The notes beneath the pieces were generated by a model. That model was not told the DNA's origin. It made no database searches and saw only the letters and a list, made by a program, of their open reading frames with translations. Source: Nostoc sp. DedSLP01 (GTDB lineage: Bacteria > Cyanobacteriota > Cyanobacteriia > Cyanobacteriales > Nostocaceae). From it: DNA of 64,000 nt. Each line of letters starts with the position of its first letter. Positions within the stretch are counted from its first letter, which is position 1. Below are positions 21,095 through 31,107 of the stretch, piece after piece. The DNA lies in contig JAVRCJ020000017.1 of the NCBI GenBank assembly GCA_034530875.2, positions 64,001 to 128,000 of the forward strand, in the 5' to 3' direction. A program made the translations under genes and the position numbers.

Positions 21095-21736
21095 CTACTT
21101 TGCTGTAGACATCTGTTGTCTAACCCAGCTACGGAAAGCACGAGTGGCTGCTATTTGTCCTATTTTCTTGCTTTCTTGGATAAATCGCGGAATTTCTGTC
21201 ACCAGAACGGGTGCAAAAGTTGGGCTAGTTTCACTCTGCGAATATTGCCCATTATTAAGGGTGTAAATTCTCAACACAGTTCCGTTATACCGCCAAAATT
21301 CTGGAACTCCCATTGCAGCATAAAGAATTAACTTATTTATTTTGGATTTGGAATATTCTACTTCTAATAACAAGTCTGGTGGTGGATCTATATTCAGGTC
21401 AATATTTTCTTTGTTACGGACTAAGAATTCATTTTGAATATAAAAACTACTGTCAGGTTCGGCTGCTTGCTCTAAATCATCCCGCGTCATAGTCAATGAA
21501 CCAGCGCTTTTAACTTCTAAACCAAATTCTTCGCACAACACAAGAACAAAACCCTCAATCAGACGGTTTGAATTCTCGTGCGGCATCAGCGGGTTCATAA
21601 TTTCTACTATTCCGTTGTCATAAGCTAGCCTTTTATTTCTCTCACATCCCATATCTGCCAGCATCGCTTTGAACGTTTGCCAGCTGATGTTTTGCAGCAC
21701 ATCCCTAGTTTCTGCCAATTTTGCTGTGCTTACCAT
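21095..21736 (-). CDS. Uma2 family endonuclease-like protein
   Basis: ISWQTF, EPDSSFYI, PPPDLLLEVE and GVPEFWRY motifs. Confidence 0.9.
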   Translation of the reverse strand: MVSTAKLAETRDVLQNISWQTFKAMLADMGCERNKRLAYDNGIVEIMNPLMPHENSNRLIEGFVLVLCEEFGLEVKSAGSLTMTRDDLEQAAEPDSSFYIQNEFLVRNKENIDLNIDPPPDLLLEVEYSKSKINKLILYAAMGVPEFWRYNGTVLRIYTLNNGQYSQSETSPTFAPVLVTEIPRFIQESKKIGQIAATRAFRSWVRQQMSTAK

Positions 21737-21790
21737 AGTTCAGTTTTCCTGTGGATGTGTTGCCTAACTATAAATTAGGACTTATGCGAG

Positions 21791-21824
21791 AGAGACACAG
21801 ATAAATCTATCTGTGTCTCTTTTT
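21791..21824. terminator. Hairpin terminator downstream of sir
   Basis: agagacacagata-aatc-tatctgtgtctct, a perfect 13-bp stem. Confidence 0.6.
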
Positions 21825-21850
21825 AATTCCATTATCTTCAATTTTCCAGC

Positions 21851-23764
21851 TTACGAAAGATTCTGGAAGTAAACCTCTAAGGCTTCGGTTACCAACTGAG
21901 TCATTGGCTTACCTTGGCTTTCGGATACTTCCTTCAACTTACCGTAAATATCAGCTTTCAGATTTACCCGATGGCGCGATTTGTTTGCACTATTAAATGT
22001 CCCAGGTTCGTAAGTGGCGCTAAATTCGCGGATGGCATCCAAACCAACGCGATCGCAAAAATCACCAAAGCTTTCTTTCGATTTCTTTGATTTCTTAAAG
22101 TAGACAAAGATTGGCTCTAGGACGCTTTCCAAGTCGTTATGGTGCAGCTTATCCACGTAAGGTTGTGCCAGTCGCGTCTGATTTGGCGTACCCCCCAACC
22201 ACAATTGGTAACTTTCTGGGGCGCTACCCACCAAACCCAATTCTGCCATGTAGGGACGAGCGCAGCCGTTAGGACAGCCTGTCATTCTTACTACAAAATG
22301 TTCTTTTTGTAAACCCACTTTATTTAATAAACCGCGAACTCGCTGTATAATCCCTGGTATTGCGCGTTCTGATTCGGTAATTGCCAAGCCGCAGGTAGGT
22401 AAAGCTGGGCAAGCCATTGAGTAGCGTTCTAAAGGTTCGATTTTACTAGCGTCAGAAACGACACCGTGACGGCTGAGAATTTCGTCGATGGTTTCTTTAT
22501 TAGCTGGTTCGATATCGTAAAAAATCAAATTTTGGTGGGGAGTCAAGCGGATGGGCAAGTTAAATTGCTCGACAATTTCCCGTAAAGCGGTTTTCAGTTG
22601 AAACGAACCTTCATCTTTGATGCGACCATTGTCAATGGAAATTCCTAAAAATAGCTTGCCATCGCCTTGTTCGTTCCAGCCCAGGAAGTCGTGATATTTG
22701 AATTGTGGCAGTGATTTGAAGGGCGTGAGTGGTTTGCCAAAGTATTTTTCCACTTGGTCGCGAAATTTATCTACACCCCAATCATTGATAAGATACTTTA
22801 ATCTGGCGTGACGGCGGTCAGTGCGATCGCCATAATCTCTTTGGGTGGCTACAATCGCTTTCACTATGTCGTAAACATCTTCTTTGGCTACATAGCAAAT
22901 TGGATCTGCAAGCCTAGCGAAAGTTTCTTCTTTATTGTGCGTTCTGCCTAAGCCACCGCCAGCAAAGACATCAAATCCTTCTAATTCTCCCTTCTTATTG
23001 GTAATTACCACCAACGTTAGGTCTTGAGAATATAAATCTATCGAATTATCTCCCGCTACAGTCACGCCAACTTTGAACTTGCGGGGCATGTAGTGAGTGC
23101 CGTAAATCGGTTCTTCGTTATCGTGAATAATTGTGCCATTGCCATTGCGCGATCGCGCTGCCGTCACCTCTGGATTTTCAGCACTAATTGCCTTTTCGCC
23201 ATCTAACCAAATCTCGTAATAAGCACCTGTTTGTGGTGAAAGCAAATCAGCAACATTTTGGGCATATTCCCAAGCATACTGGTACTCTGGGCGATTTTTG
23301 AACGGCGCTGGAGGAGCCATCACGTTGCGGTTAACGTCGCCGCAAGCCGCCAAAGTCGAACCCAGGTTATTGACAATGGTGGCAATTGCTGTCTTCAGAT
23401 TCTTCTTTAAAATTCCGTGCAATTGGAAACCTTGGCGAGTAGTGGCTCGTAATGTCTGGTTACCATACTCATCAGCCAATTTATCTAAAGCCAGATACAG
23501 CTGCGGCGGTACCAAACCACCAGGGTTTTTTGTCCGCAGCATAAACTGGTAATCTTTCTCCTGTCCCTTAGTGCGGTTGTCGCGGTTATCCTGTTGATAA
23601 GAGCCGTGAAACTTCAACAGCTGCACAGCATGTTCGCTAAAATGAGTAGTATCTTCAAGAAGCTCAGTTGCTACAGGTTCGCGTAAAAAATTACTATTCT
23701 CTTTAATTACTTCTACTTTAGAAGGCTTACGGCTAGCGACGGGGGAAGGAGCAGTATTAACCAT
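21851..23764 (-). CDS. sir: Ferredoxin-dependent sulfite reductase
   Basis: [30 protein letters not shown] and [11 protein letters not shown] siroheme/4Fe-4S ligand motifs. Confidence 0.96.
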   Translation of the reverse strand: MVNTAPSPVASRKPSKVEVIKENSNFLREPVATELLEDTTHFSEHAVQLLKFHGSYQQDNRDNRTKGQEKDYQFMLRTKNPGGLVPPQLYLALDKLADEYGNQTLRATTRQGFQLHGILKKNLKTAIATIVNNLGSTLAACGDVNRNVMAPPAPFKNRPEYQYAWEYAQNVADLLSPQTGAYYEIWLDGEKAISAENPEVTAARSRNGNGTIIHDNEEPIYGTHYMPRKFKVGVTVAGDNSIDLYSQDLTLVVITNKKGELEGFDVFAGGGLGRTHNKEETFARLADPICYVAKEDVYDIVKAIVATQRDYGDRTDRRHARLKYLINDWGVDKFRDQVEKYFGKPLTPFKSLPQFKYHDFLGWNEQGDGKLFLGISIDNGRIKDEGSFQLKTALREIVEQFNLPIRLTPHQNLIFYDIEPANKETIDEILSRHGVVSDASKIEPLERYSMACPALPTCGLAITESERAIPGIIQRVRGLLNKVGLQKEHFVVRMTGCPNGCARPYMAELGLVGSAPESYQLWLGGTPNQTRLAQPYVDKLHHNDLESVLEPIFVYFKKSKKSKESFGDFCDRVGLDAIREFSATYEPGTFNSANKSRHRVNLKADIYGKLKEVSESQGKPMTQLVTEALEVYFQNLS

Positions 23765-24082
23765 TAGAGTTGTATAGGATTCTCAATAAAGCATTCGTGG
23801 ACGCCGAAGTAGCAAGATTTTATCGTTTCGGCTGATTGATCCCCGGTAATCCGGCCGGAATAATGAGGAATATTTTGATTTTAACACGCCAAAAGTCGGC
23901 TTTTTCAGTAATGTAAGACTTAACAAAAGCTGCTCTTGAGAGTGCCGAGTGCTGAGTAAAGTATAGAGTGATTGAAGGCTCTGAAGTTCACCTTGATGAT
24001 TAAAATTAATTAATTTAACGGCAAAATAGTTTGTTCTCGATAACTATAACAGTTTTGAGTTGACTGAAGTACGCGCAATAAA

Positions 24083-24108
24083 TAGGGTAGCACAGTTGTG
24101 CTACCCTA
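24083..24108. repeat. REP-like palindrome
   Basis: tagggtagcaca-gt-tgtgctacccta, perfect 12-bp arms. Confidence 0.65.
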
Positions 24109-24230
24109 CTGTCAATATTTATTCTCAGTCAGATGATAATGAGGAAGTTTGTTTTCACTCACCTATGAGTCGCAGCTAAGGTTTGCTTGAATCTAAACTT
24201 TAGTTGGCTGAAGAATATTTTGGTAATTTT

Positions 24231-24773
24231 TTATTTGAAGCTATAGCCAATACCAGCGTTGATACTAACAGCAGGAGTATCGCTATTTTGATAAGCATTA
24301 ATTCCTACTTTAGTATTAGTATAGACGAGGAAATTTTTAGCAACTTCCGATTCAACACCAGCGCCTAATACGACTGCATCTTTGTTACCTATAGGAGTTG
24401 GCGAACCATCTTTTTCTACAAAAGAATAACCACCAGTTAAATATGCATTAGTTTTATTAGCAATGGGTACATCTAAAGAAACTTCTGGAATAATGGCACT
24501 GGTTTTATCGCTCCAAAGAACATTTCCCCGTGCAGAAAAAGGTGTATTTCCTAATTTCAAGCGACCTGTGACATTACCACCAAATTTCGCATCATCGTTG
24601 GTACCTGGCTGTCCGCCGCTGGTGACGCCAGCTGCAATACCAGCACCAACATAACTAGCATCAGTACCCTTTTTGGTTTCGGCAGATGCTTGACCTGGTG
24701 ATAGAAGAACAGGAGCAACTACTAAAGAAGATAATGCAGAAATTGTGAGAACAGACTTGAGTAAGCGTTGCAT
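24231..24773 (-). CDS. Secreted outer-membrane beta-barrel protein
   Basis: Signal peptide ending in ASA; alternating beta strands; C-terminal AGIGYSF barrel signature. Confidence 0.75.
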   Translation of the reverse strand: MQRLLKSVLTISALSSLVVAPVLLSPGQASAETKKGTDASYVGAGIAAGVTSGGQPGTNDDAKFGGNVTGRLKLGNTPFSARGNVLWSDKTSAIIPEVSLDVPIANKTNAYLTGGYSFVEKDGSPTPIGNKDAVVLGAGVESEVAKNFLVYTNTKVGINAYQNSDTPAVSINAGIGYSFK

Positions 24774-25164
24774 AATTTTGACAATTTTTTGTATTGTTTA
24801 CTGTTATATTCCCAGTCGAAAGCTGAGTAAAAATGTTCCAGATAATTCTGGAATTTTCTTAAGTAGCTGTTGCGATCGCTGCACCAGAGTTAAGGAGTAA
24901 TTAAATGAATAACTTGGAACAAAATGTTATAATTACGCTTACTTTTTCGAGGTTTTCAGTTTTTATATTTAAAAAGAGACGCTTTGAAAAGTGGCATAGG
25001 TATGGGAACTAAAAATTAGCTGTAATCCAGTCAAACAATAGTCAATCACATGACTTTATCCGAGCTGTTCGCAGGCGATCGAAAAGTAGCATGTAGCATC
25101 TGTGTCAACAAGCGAGAGAGTAAATCTATAAACTTAATTTTTAGCAATTATTGGAGATTAAATA

Positions 25165-26106
25165 ATGCTAACCGCTGCAAAAACGTTGTCTGGTTTGATG
25201 GGTTTATGTGTCGGTGATGCATTGGGTGTGCCAGTGGAGTTTACTAGCCGTGCAGAACGAATTAAATCTCCAGTGACAACAATGTTGGGTTATGGCACAT
25301 GGAATCAACCGCCGGGAACTTGGTCAGATGACAGTTCTTTGAGCTTCTGCTTGGCAGAAAGTCTTTGTAGGGGGTATTCGCTGGAAGCCATAGCTAATTC
25401 CTTCTGGCGCTGGTACAAGGAGGCTTACTGGACTCCCCGAGGCGATGTCTTTGATATCGGTCAAACGACTCACACAGCGCTGATGCGGTTGAAACAGGGA
25501 GTTGTACCCCATCAAGCGGGGGGGAAAGTTGAAAATACTAATGGCAATGGTTCGTTGATGAGAATCTTGCCAATGGCTTATTGTCATAGAAACTTAACTT
25601 TAGGCGAATTGATAGCGCGGGTGCATGATGTTTCAGCGATTACTCATGCCCATGCGCGATCGCAAATGGCCTGCGGCATTTATATTAGTATTGCAGTTTG
25701 CTTGTTAGAAGGTGCTGACCCCCAAACCGCTTATCTCCAAGGATTACAAGATATCCAGCAAATTTATTCCGTCCGAGAATTTTTATTAGAAAAGCCGCAT
25801 TTTGGCAGGGTTTTCAGCGGTGAGATTGCCAAATTACCAGTAGAAGAGATTAATTCTGGTGGCTACGTGATTGATACCTTAGAATCATCCCTGTGGTGTT
25901 TGTTAAATAGCTCGTCTTATTCTGAAGCGGTACTCAAAGCTGTTAACTTAGGCGGAGATACAGATACTACCGCCGCCGTCACAGGAGGGTTAGCCGGAAT
26001 TTACTACGGCGTAGAAAATATTCCCCGACAATGGATAAATCAAATTGCCCGCAAACAAGACATTATCTACTTGGCAGAACGTTTTGCTAGGGCTGTTTAT
26101 AGTTGA
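25165..26106 (+). CDS. ADP-ribosylglycohydrolase (DraG/ARH family)
   Basis: GDALGVPVEF, WSDDS, NGNGSLMR and GGDTDTTAAVTGGLAG motifs. Confidence 0.93.
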   Translation: MLTAAKTLSGLMGLCVGDALGVPVEFTSRAERIKSPVTTMLGYGTWNQPPGTWSDDSSLSFCLAESLCRGYSLEAIANSFWRWYKEAYWTPRGDVFDIGQTTHTALMRLKQGVVPHQAGGKVENTNGNGSLMRILPMAYCHRNLTLGELIARVHDVSAITHAHARSQMACGIYISIAVCLLEGADPQTAYLQGLQDIQQIYSVREFLLEKPHFGRVFSGEIAKLPVEEINSGGYVIDTLESSLWCLLNSSSYSEAVLKAVNLGGDTDTTAAVTGGLAGIYYGVENIPRQWINQIARKQDIIYLAERFARAVYS

Positions 26107-26222
26107 GGGGAGTAGGGAGTAGGGAGTGGGGGAGCAGGGGAGACAGGGGAAAAGGTTAAAGGGAAAAGGTAAAAGGAATAAATTTAATCTTTCCCCTTTC
26201 CCCATTCTAATGCCCGATGCCT
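26106..26222. repeat. STRR-type G-rich heptamer repeats with a complementary C-rich block
   Basis: gggagta x2-3, ggggaga, gggaaaaggt ... tttcccc between convergent genes. Confidence 0.65.
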
Positions 26223-26230
26223 TATACCCA

Positions 26231-27247
26231 TTAAACAGTAGACAAAGAGTAAACTTGCCCATCAATTAACAATCGCGTAATTCCCTTGGCTTGGAGATGA
26301 GTACGAGCCTTATGGAGCATTTTACTATCAGGAACTTTAATCACGCGATCGCGTTTGGTAGAGAAGCGCTTGGCTACGCGATGATTATCAAAGACGGGTA
26401 AAGTTCTTTGCTGGGTTTCTAGGTTGGGAATTTGCCCTAAATCTCCAAAGTCCTTGAGAGGCCGGGTAATTAATTCCGAGGAACGGTCAATCACCAAATA
26501 GCAAGTTTTCGGCAAAGGAGCTGCCGATAGTGGTAAAACTTGAACTGATGCTTCACCTGGTCTGCGTCTTGTGACTAGAGGCCTTGGTTCGTCAAAATCA
26601 TCTTCCTCCTCGTCATCTTCCTCCTCAAAATCATCATCTTCTAAATCATCATCTTCTAGATCGTCCAAATCTTCTGACTCGTCTAGCAAGTCTTCTCCCA
26701 ACATCTGTGCTATGACAGTTACCTCTGGACGCTCATCCTTGAGTATGGGGCTAGGGATACTCGCTATTTCCAGCGGTTTTGGTTGTGGAGTTTCTGATTT
26801 TTCTGTGACTCGTAGCTTTGGTTTTTCCGTCGCTGAGGTGCGCCGCCGTACCCGTCTGCTAGCAGCTGACTCGTCGTCGTCATCGCCAGCATCTTCTGAG
26901 TAGGGTTCTTGTTCTATTACACGACGTACCTGCGGTGGTTCAATTTCTACCACTTTCGGCTGGCTGTCGCTAGGTGGAACTTCGATTTCTGGCTCTGGTT
27001 GACTCAGCAGCGGTAACTGCTCGTAGCTGACCTGTGCCCTACCCTCAGGAGTTCTAGCAGCCCGCTTTAAAGATACCAAGTATTCATACTCGTCTTCAGG
27101 CAAAGTGCTTTTGAGCAGGCGACTAATTGTCGAGTTACTTACGCCATAACGGTCTGCCAAGGTTGAGGTTGTTTCGGCACTTTCTCGATATAACTTGAGA
27201 ATTTCTTGTTTGTCAGAATCTGTTAGTTTTCTCACGGTAGATACCAA
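26231..27247 (-). CDS. Hypothetical protein with N-terminal HTH and a long acidic tract
   Basis: LADRYGVSNSTISRLLK HTH; D/E-rich stretch; globular C-terminal domain. Confidence 0.75.
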   Translation of the reverse strand: MVSTVRKLTDSDKQEILKLYRESAETTSTLADRYGVSNSTISRLLKSTLPEDEYEYLVSLKRAARTPEGRAQVSYEQLPLLSQPEPEIEVPPSDSQPKVVEIEPPQVRRVIEQEPYSEDAGDDDDESAASRRVRRRTSATEKPKLRVTEKSETPQPKPLEIASIPSPILKDERPEVTVIAQMLGEDLLDESEDLDDLEDDDLEDDDFEEEDDEEEDDFDEPRPLVTRRRPGEASVQVLPLSAAPLPKTCYLVIDRSSELITRPLKDFGDLGQIPNLETQQRTLPVFDNHRVAKRFSTKRDRVIKVPDSKMLHKARTHLQAKGITRLLIDGQVYSLSTV

Positions 27248-27256
27248 AAATCTTTG

Positions 27257-28108
27257 CTAAGCTCGTTTTCGTGTACTGGTACGCCGCGTTCGTCTCAGTG
27301 ATGCGTCATATTCTAGGGCAGCGCCCATACCAAATAACACTCCACTAAACACCCAAAACACTTCTAATATCTCCCCGCTTTGATAATTGGGCCCTTGGGC
27401 GTATTTGAACCACATATCTGCAATGTAGAGCGAAAAGGCTGCTGCGGCAATCATTCGCCAAGACTGGGAAACTCTTCCTCCCCAAAAAGCTAATAGTAGA
27501 GTGGTAGCAATAATTAACAAAACTACGTCGCTAACTACATAAAACCAATTCAAAATAGCGACTAACAGTTCTGAGGGTGTTCCCTGTTGCATGGAAATCC
27601 ACCATGCTAACAAACTACCGAATAGAGCAATTGCTAACACAATTAGCCATTGCCATTTTTCCAGATTGATTCGCCTGGAAGCCACAGCTAAAATCATGCC
27701 TGCGCCTAATAACAGATAACTCAATACAAAAAATATATCGCCTAAAGACACATCCGGTTCTTCTTTTAAAACTATTTCCGTGTACCCGAAAATTATTCCT
27801 CCAATGAAATAGGAAAGCATACCTAAGCCAATGGAGAGCCAAACATTCCGGCCACTGACGATTTGCGGACTAAGCCAGTTTCTCAAGCATAAGATACCAG
27901 CGCCCAAATAAGCTAAAGCTTCAAAAATATTTGTGCCAATCACATACCACTCGGCTCGGCTTTCTATGCCATCGGCTCCAGGAATTTTGGCACTAAATAG
28001 CAAAAAGTATAACAGTGCCAGTACTGCCCAACCAATATTAGCCAAAACAATGTTCTGAGTGTTGAAAATGGTTTTAGAAACCAAGGAGTTGTCGTAAGAG
28101 TTATTCAT
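27257..28108 (-). CDS. Hypothetical polytopic membrane protein
   Basis: About 8 hydrophobic segments; basic C-terminal tail. Confidence 0.75.
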   Translation of the reverse strand: MNNSYDNSLVSKTIFNTQNIVLANIGWAVLALLYFLLFSAKIPGADGIESRAEWYVIGTNIFEALAYLGAGILCLRNWLSPQIVSGRNVWLSIGLGMLSYFIGGIIFGYTEIVLKEEPDVSLGDIFFVLSYLLLGAGMILAVASRRINLEKWQWLIVLAIALFGSLLAWWISMQQGTPSELLVAILNWFYVVSDVVLLIIATTLLLAFWGGRVSQSWRMIAAAAFSLYIADMWFKYAQGPNYQSGEILEVFWVFSGVLFGMGAALEYDASLRRTRRTSTRKRA

Positions 28109-28245
28109 AGGGCTTGACTATGTAGATGCACTCTGGCAGTATTTTGAGTTAAGGATTGTATAGTTAGTACTGTGTCTGCTAAGTAATACACAATCTGACA
28201 CTAAAAACAAGTACCAGCAGTAGTAAATTTTGAAAATTTTCCAGA

Positions 28246-28908
28246 CTATTGCCATAGTTTACCCACTGCTGATTGATTTAGCCAACTGATAAACAGCGAT
28301 CGCTCGGCTTCTGGCATGTCTTCTAACTTATAAATCACTTGTTTGGTAAAATTGGCATTGCCGAAATATGACTTGCCCAATCGATGCAATTCTTGCAAAA
28401 GGATAACTACGTGATTTTCTTGCCAAGGAGGTAGTTTGGTTGCAAGCAAAGGATTGTTAGAGATCAAAGATTTAACTGTTTCTGGAGGAGATGCTTGGGG
28501 AAATTGCTTTTGCTGAAATACCTCGGCAATATCTTTCTCAAATAATGCAGCTTGCCTAGCACCCAAAAACTCTTCAATGTCGATAGAAACACCTTGCAAC
28601 AGCAAAACAGTGGCTTGGATCAAAATCCCTGTTTTGCCTTGATTACCACCCGTGTCATTACCCAACTGTTCTAAACGGATTTTACCCCAAACGCTAAAGC
28701 GTTCGGGTTCTTCCAGTAAAACACAGGCTTTACCCCGGTTATCCGTTAATTCTCTCCATAAGGCTCTAGCTTCTTCTTCTTGACTAGCTTTGAAGACACT
28801 AATCAAGCGAAAAGTCTGTCCTTGATAATCTAAAATCGGCACCTGCTGATCCTTTTTTGGGTGCTGAATGCTTGAGATTTCAACATCCTGCCGTTTGAGA
28901 ATAAACAT
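28246..28908 (-). CDS. Conserved cyanobacterial protein (Npun_F0813-like family)
   Basis: MFILKRQDVEI...FRLISVF...KACVLLEEPERFSVWG, recognised from memory as a conserved cyanobacterial family. Confidence 0.7.
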   Translation of the reverse strand: MFILKRQDVEISSIQHPKKDQQVPILDYQGQTFRLISVFKASQEEEARALWRELTDNRGKACVLLEEPERFSVWGKIRLEQLGNDTGGNQGKTGILIQATVLLLQGVSIDIEEFLGARQAALFEKDIAEVFQQKQFPQASPPETVKSLISNNPLLATKLPPWQENHVVILLQELHRLGKSYFGNANFTKQVIYKLEDMPEAERSLFISWLNQSAVGKLWQ

Positions 28909-29267
28909 GGCACTAGCAAATAACTCCTCACAGGGGCATTCTTAATATGGAATATATAATGGCATTTGGCAGCATCGCCAAGGCTGAAATTACCTAGCGT
29001 GCTGTGAAAATGAGCAAAGCCGAGCGATCGCTAGATGCTTTATTAGACTAAGCTGCCTAGAAGGACTCGGCTGAGGGTAGACAACCCCTTGACAACACAA
29101 TATCTCTAACCAATACCCCATCTGCTTCGTTTTTAGTGTACATTGAATAACTAGCGACTTGGATCTTAGCCTTGCTAGTGATAAATCTGCAATTTTTGAT
29201 TGCTTCTAAGTCGAGGAAAACGATATAATATTTTAGATGACTCTTTTGGGAGCCATTATATTATTTT

Positions 29268-29340
29268 GGGCGCGTAGCTCAGTGGATAGAGCAATTGCCT
29301 TCTAAGCAATTGGTCGCAGGTTCGAACCCTGCCGCGCTCG
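29268..29340 (+). tRNA. tRNA-Arg (anticodon TCT)
   Basis: GGGCGCGTAGCTCAGTGGATAGAGCA-ATTGC-CTTCTAA-GCAAT-TGGTC-GCAGG-TTCGAAC-CCTGC-CGCGCTCG forms a cloverleaf; CCA not encoded. Confidence 0.97.
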
Positions 29341-29471
29341 TTTTAATCGATTAGGGTAAAAGAGGCGATAAACCCCCTATAGATAATCTTTGACGATTTT
29401 TAATTGCGATCGCGCCAACAACTTAACGCTATTTCTGCTACCAGAAAAGTGGTGTTTTAAAGTTGTCTGAC

Positions 29472-30338
29472 TTAGCTAGGTAATTCTTCGATATTTTTCT
29501 CCTTAAGAATTTTTTCACGTTCCAAATTGATGACTTCAGGTGATAAATGAAATAATGTTTCCAAACTTATCTTACCTTCAGTATGTAAAAGTTCTAACCA
29601 ATTTGATGCTGACTCTAAAATTTGCTTGCCAATTCTTATTTGAAAGCTAAACTTTTCTTCAACTACATCAAAAATCAAGAAAAGCGATATCTTTTGCCAA
29701 ATTTTTTGAGTTGAAGCTACTACCTTCAAAGAAGTGACAAGTTTTCCTTGTTCTGGTACATGAAGTGCTAAATCTGAAGCTTGAATATTTTTTTGGATTT
29801 CCTCAAGCGGTAACAGCGAAATATCAATTTTATTATCAAAATTTATAAAGTCTGCAATATCGGGTAAATTTATTGCTGTTTCGTTTAATGATTCAAATTG
29901 AAAGGTTAGCGTGTTGCTCAAAGTATCTGTAATAGCATTAAGCTGTACGGGATATGGGGGTTGTGGTACAGAACCTTTTTCATAAAATGAACGTCCTTCC
30001 GGAGTAACTGTAATTGGCGATGTTGCTGATAGAGTTTGTAAAGAGCGAAGATTTGTAGTAGTACTGCGGATGAATACAGGATCGAGCGCAAGTACAGAAG
30101 CTAATTCCTCTTCTGTTGGCGGAGGTTGAAATTCAATTGCTGCGCGAATAATAAATTCTTCAAGTACGTTAAACTGGCGGGGTTCTTTGATGTTTACTTC
30201 TACAGGAGTTTGGTGCAAGCTATAGCGAAATTGACGCGCTGCTAAAACTGATAAATTAGGACTTTTTGCCTCAATTTCCTTGACCAAATTTTTCAGATTA
30301 TCATCAATTGGTTTAGCAGAAGAAGCAAGAGACATCAA
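29472..30338 (-). CDS. Hypothetical protein with N-terminal winged-helix-like region (possible helicase partner)
   Basis: TEEELASVLALDPVFIRSTTTNLRSLQTL...ITVTPEGRSF resembles a wHTH; no catalytic motif seen. Confidence 0.7.
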   Translation of the reverse strand: MMSLASSAKPIDDNLKNLVKEIEAKSPNLSVLAARQFRYSLHQTPVEVNIKEPRQFNVLEEFIIRAAIEFQPPPTEEELASVLALDPVFIRSTTTNLRSLQTLSATSPITVTPEGRSFYEKGSVPQPPYPVQLNAITDTLSNTLTFQFESLNETAINLPDIADFINFDNKIDISLLPLEEIQKNIQASDLALHVPEQGKLVTSLKVVASTQKIWQKISLFLIFDVVEEKFSFQIRIGKQILESASNWLELLHTEGKISLETLFHLSPEVINLEREKILKEKNIEELPS

Positions 30339-30373
30339 CGAAACCTCTATGTGGACGCACGATTTTGAAAACG

Positions 30374-30970
30374 CTATTTTTGAAGTGCCTGCTGAAAAGT
30401 TTTGATGGCATCAACATGATTCACCATATTAATGCAGCGCAACAACAAATCCAGATCGATGTTTTTTACTTCCTCACTACTGGAAATTTTTTCATAGTGA
30501 AGCGTGTTGCCCTCTTGACGCAGGCGATCAACTTCTAACACGCCATCTTCCCAGAACCAGACTTCAGGAATTTTGAGACGCTTGTATGCCTCTAGTTTGT
30601 TGATACCGCCACTGGTAAATACCACTTCAATCGCTAAATCAGGACGCACTCGACCAGGAGCAAGTTTATATGATTCATCTGCCTCTCGCTTCACAGCACC
30701 CGCTTCACTTTCTAAGGTCATGGAGCCAGTTGGGGTAAAGTCAAACCCTGCTATGAGCAGATAAAGTTCTAACAATGCAGCAATTCTCTTTTTAACAGTT
30801 TCGTGTGGTTCTCCAGGCATTCTTCTGATCTCCAAAACACCATCTAAAAAAGACAGCCGATATCCTGGGCGGTCTAATAACTGCTCAATGGCTTTGAATT
30901 CTCTCCAAGTCAGTCCCTCAAATAAAAGGGGTGATTCTTTTGTGGGTGTAGTAATGGCTGCTGTAGTCAT
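30374..30970 (-). CDS. Uma2 family endonuclease-like protein
   Basis: LTWREF, READESY, PDLAIEVV and IPEVWFW motifs. Confidence 0.9.
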   Translation of the reverse strand: MTTAAITTPTKESPLLFEGLTWREFKAIEQLLDRPGYRLSFLDGVLEIRRMPGEPHETVKKRIAALLELYLLIAGFDFTPTGSMTLESEAGAVKREADESYKLAPGRVRPDLAIEVVFTSGGINKLEAYKRLKIPEVWFWEDGVLEVDRLRQEGNTLHYEKISSSEEVKNIDLDLLLRCINMVNHVDAIKTFQQALQK

Positions 30971-31107
30971 AAAAATCTCCAGTCTGTTTCTAAATCAGAA
31001 ATAATCAGTTTTGGAGGTCAATTTATTAATTATAATGGGTTTCAAAAATATTAAAAATTACTTTTTATTTCCTAAGCATTGAATTTATAATAAAAGCTAT
31101 TTTAAAC

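Noticed and set aside
26571..26903. Poly-Ser ORF
   Set aside because: Antisense shadow of the D/E-rich tract in the HTH protein.
26231..27247. Transposase
   Set aside because: Only an HTH is present; no DDE catalytic domain, terminal repeats or target duplication seen.
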